Shown: piece after piece, positions 1 to 7,200 of the stretch
Numbering within the stretch: the stretch's first letter is position 1
How the letters are laid out: every line of letters begins with the position of its first letter
NCBI GenBank assembly: GCA_000388065.2
Contig: KB932201.1
Source: Fonticula alba ATCC 38817
Lineage: Eukaryota; Protista; Nucleariida
Direction: 5' to 3' (one strand)
DNA length: 38,284 nt
The notes under the pieces: generated by a model
Database searches by the model: none
Told to the model about the DNA's origin: nothing
The model's input: the letters and a program-made list of their open reading frames with translations, nothing else
Program-made: the position numbers and the translations under genes

Positions 1-540
1 GCAACACGTGAGTGAATTGCCACACGTGTTACATCGTGGGAATGATAGCATCCCAGAACAGCATTCCTCGGAGAGGAATGCGGGGTAGAACAACAGCCAG
101 GTGGCCGCCGAGGCCGAGCGGCATAAACGCTCGACCGAGGACGGAGATACGCGGGTGGGCGGGCCCAGCCGCGGGGTTCTCAGTTCCAACCCCTGACCGA
201 GCCCAAAGGTCAAAAAGGGGGACTCTCGTTGAGAGCCTCCTGAGAGCGAAAGCCTTAGCAGCTGTGTGTCGAAGAGTATACGGAAGTATAGCCGAAGCAC
301 CAGTTAGGCCGACGAACACCTGTTCTAAGGCTTCCTCTCGAACCCTTTTTAACATCCGAGTTCCTTTCTATTTTCGCTTGCCACTAACTCGTCTCAAGCC
401 GAGTTACTGACTCATCTGGTAACAGACGACCGTGAACCGCTGGTTGGTATGTCCCCTCCTTCATGCCAAGAGGTTACTAACCAGGTGGCAGATCACACTG
501 GTACCCTTCGTCAAGCCTCACTCACTTGACTTAGGCTTAA
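1..540. mobile_element. Putative inserted element (one end only, open at the window edge) interrupting a tRNA-Phe gene; class unknown
   Basis: Hand count 295/540 GC (~55%) vs ~69% for 601-720. Dense inverted repeats. Abuts a tRNA gene exactly where its T-arm should start. A diverged inverted copy is present at 31807-32200. No transposase, RT or terminal-repeat pair is visible, so mobility is inferred. Confidence 0.5.
29..355 (-). CDS. 108-aa hypothetical ORF inside the inserted sequence
   Basis: ATG 355 to TAA 29. R.EALEQ...GL.G.SA, AAK.FA..RL and G.GG..A are shared in the same frame with ORF 31883-32656(+). An antisense frame (12-410 +) is about equally conserved, so the coding strand is uncertain. 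Confidence 0.35.
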   Translation of the reverse strand: MLKRVREEALEQVFVGLTGASAILPYTLRHTAAKAFALRRLSTRVPLFDLWARSGVGTENPAAGPAHPRISVLGRAFMPLGLGGHLAVVLPRIPLRGMLFWDAIIPTM

Positions 541-599
541 CCCGTGTGAACCCTGCTACAATCTTCAGTCACACGCTCTCCCAACTGAGCTATCGCGGC
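541..599 (-). tRNA. tRNA-Phe(GAA): tRNA-Phe(GAA), 5' part only (nt 1 to ~47) with a 12-nt intron (562-551); T-arm and 3' acceptor strand absent
   Basis: Minus strand reads GCCGCGA TA GCTC AGTTGGGA GAGC G TGTGA CT GAA G [ATTGTAGCAGGG] T TCACA CGGG. D-arm is intact, anticodon stem TGTGA/TCACA pairs, the intron is at canonical 37/38, and intron CAG pairs with C32-U33-G34. No TTCRA loop or TCGCGGC follows. Confidence 0.85.
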
Positions 600-1147
600 G
601 CTGTGTGGGGGGACGGGCGCCACGCCGGCTACATCAGGTGAAACTGGAGCGCCTGGGCCCTGGCATGTGATCCTCCCGAGGCTGGCAATCCTCCGCCTGG
701 GGATTTGGCCCGGCGCAGAGCCGGCCCCCGACAACAGAGGAGGGAGAAGGCGCAGCGGGTGGTGTGTGTCTTTTTGGAGGGGCACGCCACCGGCGGCTGA
801 GCCACGCCCCTGGACGAGGGGAACCGCCTGGGTGTGCTCGGGCAGCTCCATGTTGAGGGGCACGAGTGCGGGCCAAAGAATGCCGCTCCTCCGGGGTACT
901 GTGGGCTTGGGGGCCGGGGGGGGGGGGGGGGTGAAGGACAGGGTTCCCACATCCAGGGCGCCAGGGAAAGAGAGGGAGGGACTCGGACAGTGGCCGATAT
1001 GTGGCCCGTGCCGGGAGTGGCCGATTCACACGGCTTGCTCGGCAGGTGGGGGTGGGAAGAGCACCCTCTCGGGAGGGGAGCTGCCGGAGCGGTTGCGGGC
1101 ACATTGTTGCGGTGGAAAGACGACAACGAAGGTTTTCCGGCGTCAAA

Positions 1148-1151
<4 letters not shown>

Positions 1152-1210
<59 letters not shown>
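1152..1210. repeat. (GA)n microsatellite
   Basis: About 29 uninterrupted GA units. Confidence 0.97.
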
Positions 1211-1212
<2 letters not shown>

Positions 1213-1308
1213 CGGGACGAGAGGGGGGCGAACAGCAGGGTGGTAGGGGAATAATCGCCCGGGGCGCGCCGAAGCCGGGGAAAAAGGACGGGCGCGGAAA
1301 AAGAGGCG

Positions 1309-1380
1309 AGGGCCCACCCGGGGTTGATCCGGGGACCTGTCGATCTGCAGTCGACCGCTCTACCACTGAGCTATAGACCC
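1309..1380 (-). tRNA. tRNA-Cys(GCA): tRNA-Cys(GCA)
   Basis: GGGTCTA TA GCTC AGTGGTA GAGC G GTCGA CTGCAGA TCGAC AGGTC CCCGG ATCAACC CCGGG TGGGCCC T: 72-nt cloverleaf with U73. TTTTT terminator a few nt downstream. Confidence 0.95.
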
Positions 1381-2148
1381 GTTCGCTGGAATCCAGCACC
1401 TCAGTGAAATTTATGAATCTTCTGTCATGGGCCATATGGCGCGCAGGCGGTTGCCGACGAAGCGCGGGGGGAGGGGTCCTGCTCGGTCCAGCGCCCCGAG
1501 ATCGAGAGCGGGAGCATTCCCCGACGGGCTGGGCGGGCCTCCGGGTTGTCTTTCGTGGTCTGCCGGTTCGACTGGGTCCGATGGGCTGGAACGAGCAGGC
1601 GGCCCGCAGGGTGGGGATGGGGCACTCGAGGCAAGCAGACATCCGGCGAAGTCCTGACAGGGGTGCCTGTGGCCGGATGAGGAGGATCATGCTCCGGGGC
1701 TTTTTGGCATTCTTTCTCGAGCGCGACTTTTGGGAAAGCCAGGCGGAGCCCTCTGCGGAGGCATCGCGCCACAGGGAGGCAGGGGGGGCGGGGGCCTGAT
1801 CCGGCCGCGAGGCCACGAAGCGAGAGTCCGCGAGGCAACCGAGGGCAGCATTGGCTTCCCAGTCCCATGGGGGAGTTCCCCCCGGTAAAAGGGGGCGTGG
1901 GCATGTGGGCTGCTCCCGGAAGCCGAGACACTCCGCATGTGTGCGCGTACTGCGGGTCAGGGGGCGCCGACATCTCCCGCCGGGGAGTTCGGCTGGTGGG
2001 CAGGGTGGAAGAGATGCCGAGGCCGAAGGGCGGTACTCTGGGGGTGGTGGTGCCAGGCCGCGGGGGCCCTCCTCCCGCTTCGAGAATGCGGAGCAAGAGT
2101 TACCGGCCGGTCGGCAGGGTATTGCATGAGAGCGGAACACCGGGGGGG

Positions 2149-2158
2149 NNNNNNNNNN
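2149..2158. other. Assembly gap (10 N) inside a poly-G tract
   Basis: N run flanked by G runs. Confidence 0.99.
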
Positions 2159-2326
2159 GGGGGGGGGGGGGGGGGGCCTGGGTTCAGGCATGGGGCCGGG
2201 GTATGTTGCTTGAGGGGAGCACGCCCGGCGAACCTCGGATAGGGCGAGACGCCGAGGGTGTACCAGGGAGAGAGGCAAGCCAGAAAGCAACAAGAGCCTC
2301 CCCGGACGACAATCCCCCATCTGAAG

Positions 2327-2398
2327 TCCCGATTAGTATAGTGGTGAGAATCCCCGCCTGTCACGCGGGAGGCCCGGGTTCAATTCCCGGATCGGGAG
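2327..2398 (+). tRNA. tRNA-Asp(GTC): tRNA-Asp(GTC)
   Basis: TCCCGATTAGTATAGTGGTGAGAATCCCCGCCTGTCACGCGGGAGGCCCGGGTTCAATTCCCGGATCGGGAG: 72-nt cloverleaf with G73. TTTTT at 2402-2406. Confidence 0.97.
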
Positions 2399-3538
2399 GT
2401 CTTTTTGCTTCACCACTCCCGGTGGTCGAGCATGCTCCCTCCCTCCGCCCTGTTGCGAGGGGGGGGGAGCCAGATCCGGGTCTGCATACATGGGGGGGCG
2501 CGGGCGGGCGGATTCCCGCTCGGCGCCAGCATGGCCCGCGAGTATAATACCAAGCCAGGGCTGGTGGCGGAACGGGCCGCGAAGTCGAAGCATGGCCGCG
2601 GCCAGCGCCGGGGGGAGCCCCAGTTCCTCCTCGCGGATGAGAGGGCGCCCTCTGGTGTGCAGCCATCGCATGGGCCGGGGGAGGGTGCGGGTCGGCGGGC
2701 ACGCCTCGAGAGATCTCTCCCCCGGGGGGGAGGGCGCGACGACTGACCCAATCAAGGGCCTGCTGCGTGTCGGCTATACCCGGGGGGGGGGGGGGGCCGT
2801 TCACGAGGGCAATGCATTTTGCCCGTACACACAGGGGCAGGCCATGCTCGGGGGCGTTCTAAAAAGAAGCAGGAATGACCTGTTCCGGAGCATCTGGTGG
2901 CTGAGGTGGGGGGCGCACTCGGAAAGCTGGCGCCCGTGCCATCGCCCTCGATCGGGCGAAGGGTTGCCCTGCCCAGCGTGTGTCGGCTGCCGGGGGGTGC
3001 GGCGAGACATCGGTGGCTCACTCGGGGAAGGGCCTTTTTCGGGGGAGAATTGAAACGCTCGGACTGATTCACCGAGGCTTGTTCTCCGATATGGAGATCA
3101 CGCCTCGGAAGAAAGCATTTCGTCTCGAGAGGTACAAGAAGGCAAGCGATGACAATAAAGCGCGCGCGGTCTTGTTGGGGGAAGCAAAAGTATTTACATC
3201 AGAGACTACTGGCTTGGGGGGGAGAAAGCCAGGCCAAGGAGGCAATGACTATCCTTTCTAGGGTAGCCGTACATGGGAAAGAGGGCGCGGATGCCGTCCC
3301 TTATATAGGGGTTAGGCGCATGGGAGAAGGAGCACCTTGCCCTCTTCCCTGGGCGCCGAGGGAGGAGGCGACCGGGCGGGGCGAAGGTCTGTACACGGAG
3401 GCGCGGCTCTCCCCAAGAGGAGAGGAGAGCCGGGGATCCGACTTCTCAGATATGGTCACGTGACAACCCGTGACCAATTCTGGGATTTGGGCGGCGAAGG
3501 TTACAGAATTTGAAGGTATTCGCGTTGCCCCCACATAT

Positions 3539-3612
3539 GGCCGCGTAGCTCAATTGGATAGAGCACCTGACTACGGATCAGGAGGTTGTGTGTTCGAGCC
3601 GCATCGTGGTCA
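3539..3612 (+). tRNA. tRNA-Arg(ACG): tRNA-Arg(ACG)
   Basis: GGCCGCG TA GCTC AATTGGATA GAGC A CCTGA CTACGGA TCAGG AGGTT GTGTG TTCGAGC CGCAT CGTGGTC A: 74 nt. TTTT follows within about 10 nt. Confidence 0.96.
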
Positions 3613-3669
3613 AATTCCATTTTGCCATCTTGGGCGCATCCTTTTTCTCAGTCTCTTCCGGCGGCTCAA

Positions 3670-3779
3670 GAGACAGAGAGAGAGGGGGGGAGAGAGAGGG
3701 GGGGGAGAGAGGGGGAGAGAGAGGGACATGCGTGGTTGGGCGGCAAGACAGGGAGTCCGGGGAACTACCGCCGTCGATC

Positions 3780-3820
<41 letters not shown>
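3670..3820. repeat. GA/GGA-rich purine microsatellite patches
   Basis: GAGAGAGGGGGGA-type repeats at ~3670-3725 and pure (GA)n at ~3783-3816. Confidence 0.85.
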
Positions 3821-3821
<1 letters not shown>

Positions 3822-4174
3822 CATCGGGCAAGCGCGGCGCGAGTTCACCAGTGGCGGCGCGCTTTTCCGCCACAGGGGTCTTCTCTCTTCGTGGCCCGCG
3901 GCACGCCGGGGCCTGACGGCCGGCCGGTGAAAGCACGGGCCGTCACAAAAGGTCATCCCGGCGACGACGGGGCGCATCCCGGCCAGAGAGGGCAGCGCCG
4001 ACCCCAGAGGGGACCACGCTCAGGGACTCGCCAGGGCCACGAGAGGAGCGGGCGTTTGGTTGCCCCTCGCACGAGTGGTGCGTGCCCGGGAGAGCCTCGT
4101 CGTGCGCGTCCTTCTCTCGCGGCCCTAAGCTGGGCTGTGGGTGGACACACCGGCCCCAAAAAGGAAGAGAGGCA

Positions 4175-4247
4175 AGCCCACTGTGGGGCTCGAACCCACG
4201 ACCCTGGGATTAAGAGTCCCATGCTCTACCAACTGAGCTAAACAGGC
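4175..4247 (-). tRNA. tRNA-Lys(CTT): tRNA-Lys(CTT)
   Basis: GCCTGTT TA GCTC AGTTGGTA GAGC A TGGGA CTCTTAA TCCCA GGGTC GTGGG TTCGAGC CCCAC AGTGGGC T: 73 nt. TTTTT terminator about 12 nt downstream. Confidence 0.96.
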
Positions 4248-7200
4248 TTACATGGCGTAGGGGGCTCGCCGCCGGAACAAAAACTCTTCATTTTCCACCC
4301 GGCTCCGAGGCCGAGCGAGGGTTTGCGCTTGTGTCTGTCCGCGCGAAGGCTCCTGACCCACTGCCGGGGCATCGACGCCTCGGAGCCACCGATGGCCAAG
4401 GCACGACGTGGGCAACCCCGGCGCTTGCAAAGCGAGGCTCGGCATGGGACACCCATGTCGGGAAGACACGCGGTCATCGGACGCCTGGGTCATCCGTTGG
4501 CGTTGTGGTTCCTCCATGGCGTCCGCGCAGGGCCCGACCTCGGGCGGGGAGGGGGCCATCGCAGCGGTGCCTGTGGGGGCTAAGAACGCAGGTGCGACCA
4601 TGATGAGAGGATCTGGCCTGCCACGCCGGCTGGCTGAGATGCCGGCTCCGGCGATGGAGGGTCAAAGGTGCCGGGGCCCCAGATGGTGCTATTTGCGACG
4701 CGGTGTGTGGGAAAAAAAGGGGCGGTGACGCGTCGGAAAGAGGCCACCCAACGGGTGGATCGGAGCAGGCACTCGGTGCTTGCGGCTGCCCATGGTGCCA
4801 GGAGAGCATCCTCCGAGCGCTCTTGGAAGGGGCCGGCCACACGTGCAGGCGAGCCGCGGGGCGGGGCCAACCAGCGCCTGCTTGACAGCATGCCTCCGCG
4901 CTCGCGCGGGCCGGCGGCCGCAGATGCCCCATGGCCTGCGTGGGGGATGCCATGCTCCCGGGCTTTGAGGTCATTGCAATAGGCACCGGGCCGAAGCATC
5001 GAGGGCGGGTCTGGTGTGCCAGCATGCAGCCAGAGGCGGCGCTCTCATTCCAGCGGAAAAAGTGACACAACCCGGGAATGATCAGTGCCAAGGTGGCGAT
5101 CACGACCGGCCGGGCAGGCGCCAGCAAGGTCCAAGACCAGACCCAGGCCTGTGCTCTCTGCCGGGTTGGCTAGCTGGCAGGGGGGGAATTGGCGGCGCCG
5201 CCGCTCCTGCATGAGTGAAACGCCCTCGCCGAGGGCGGCAGCCCATCTGGCTAGGGCTATGGCGCTGCCGTGTCGAGTGGAAGGGCATCGGCGCGTGGTT
5301 TTCGCCGACAGCGCCCCCGAGGCCTGCTTGCGTTGCTGGATGCGAGGGTATCGACATGGTGGACAGGCAGGGTGCTTGCAGAAGCGGAACCACTTGGGCA
5401 AAGGCCGGGCGGTGGCGGAGAACGCCGCCGCTCGCGGGGCCGAAGTCGCGACAGGATGCCATGATACCGACGCCCATTGCAGGGGGATTGGGCCACAGGC
5501 AACATTCATGGCGCATGTCTGCCTCGGAGTGATGGTGCTGCCAGCGAAGGGGACCCGACCATCCGCCAAGCAGCTGCCCTTTCAGCAGGCGGCCGCTCCC
5601 GCTGGGCTGGCTGGCTGCTGCCGTCGGCCAGGTAGCCGGTCTTTTTTCGAGGGCCTCCGGGTGTCAGGCCCGCCGGCAGCACCATAAATGCCCAGGCCCC
5701 ATCGAGCGCCAAAGCCCTTTGGCACTACCGGGGGCGGAACGTGTGCACTTGCCACACGGCCATCGGAAAACGCTTGCCGGCGGCAAGACCCTTTCCGATG
5801 GACCACATCACAGGAGGCAGACCTGCGGCCCGGATGCGCATGTTGCGTGGAGCTGGGCAGTGGCGATCGTACAAGCCGCCCATGAGGTGCGTTGTATCTT
5901 GACATCGATCAAGTGCGAGACACATGGACGGCCAGGGTCGATGGTGTGTAGGCCGCCGCACCGAGTGGCGTCGCCGACGCCCGGCCGGCTGGGTGGCGAC
6001 TTTGTCCCGCGAACGGCCATCCACCACGCGAGTCGAAACGCCTGGAAGAAGGCCAGGCGGCTCTCAGTCCGGGCGCTTGCTGTCGCATTGGCTCACCTGA
6101 TGGAACTTCCCGGGAGGGGCGTGCGCAGGTGCCCCGCCAAGCAGGCCACGCGCCCGGAGAATTAATCGGAGAGGTCGCGGCTGGCGTGGACAATGGCGGT
6201 TTCGGCGCCAGGGAGCCTTGGGCGCGCGGTCACCTCCGGCAGGGTGCACACCTGCCCAACGAGGGGAGGGGCGGGAAGCTCGGCTGGGGTGGCCCAGAGG
6301 ACCCGGCCGCCGGAAGGGCGTCCTCTGCTCTCGCTCGCAGACTCCCCCGGAGAGGCATGTGCGGTGGAATATGGGCGCACAGTGCCAGCGGGCCAATGTG
6401 GCGGCTCGCTCGGCGCGCGACGCCTGGCGCGCGACCGCGATCCACGGTGCTGGAAGCTGGCGGGCTTATTCTTGCCATGCCACGGAGTGGTGAATGGTCA
6501 TGGAGGGCACGGCCATTGGCCGGTGTGCCAGGCAGCACGTCTGCCCTGGGGGGCGGCGTGGGCGTGCCCCGCAGTCGCACCAGGCTCCCCGTGGTCAGTG
6601 GACATAGCATGGGGGCCTATGAACAGGTCACATGGCGGGATGGACGATGCCTGGCGAGGCGCGAGGCGCATGGCGGCGATGTCGGGGCCGGCCACCCCGG
6701 GCCGCAGCCACACAACGGCCGAGGTGTACCTCCTGACCACTTTGGGGGCGTGGGAGTGGCGGTACGCGAGCCCCGGCACGCGGCCGAGCAAGATCCCCAC
6801 GAGGTGAGCACGTCCTCCCGATGGCGCTGGGCGCATGCGTCACACGGGGTTCGAGGGGGCACCGTCGTCATCGGCGCGGGCGTGGCTTCCTCGGCCGGGG
6901 TGCCAGCCCGGGCGGCCGGGGACTTCGACGCCCGGTCGAGCAAGGACAACCGTCGCCATGGACCGGCGAAGCGTGTCCCGTGAAAGAAAAAGCCACAAAG
7001 TGGGCCGCCGGCGTTCCAAGAAGAAACCATTCGCGATCGAGGGGCCCCAGCCCTCGGCTCGGTCGATTGCCACATCCCAATGGCGGACCCTCTTGCGGAG
7101 GGAGCGCACAACCGCAGAGTATTGGCGGGGAAGGAAGCGGAAAAGGGCAGGGAGGCGGCAGTGCATCAGCCACGATCACCAAGGCAGCGGGGGAGGGTGT

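Noticed and set aside
165-200. GGTCAGGGGTTGGAACTGAGAACCCCGCGGC on the minus strand as the missing tRNA-Phe 3' half
   Set aside because: The T-loop is wrong (TTGGAAC plus 6 extra nt) and T-stem and acceptor pairing cannot both be satisfied; it is one of the element's hairpins.
255-285. PYTLRHTAA in ORF 355-29 resembles the tyrosine-recombinase HxLRH box
   Set aside because: No downstream LGH/catalytic Tyr, the ORF is only 108 aa with stops upstream, and the motif is not conserved in the second copy (WHAPPQAA).
395-541. Hammerhead-like (CAGATGAG...GAC-GAG), HDV-like and group II domain V-like (GAACCGC...GGTGG) fits
   Set aside because: Core nucleotides or required pairings are missing in each case (no CUGANGA/GAAA, no P2 partner, wrong stem length and bulge).
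537-543. TTAA-CCC at the junction resembles a piggyBac target and terminus
   Set aside because: The orientation would put the tRNA half inside the element, and no matching inverted terminus or transposase is visible.
561-599. LTR end (...TACA at 560) followed by a 39-nt half-tRNA primer-binding site, as in copia/Ty5-type priming
   Set aside because: The TGTAGCAGGG that looks like an LTR start is better explained as the tRNA intron: it gives the canonical anticodon-intron pairing and is followed in register by the 3' anticodon strand TCACA. The true break is ~20 nt further on.
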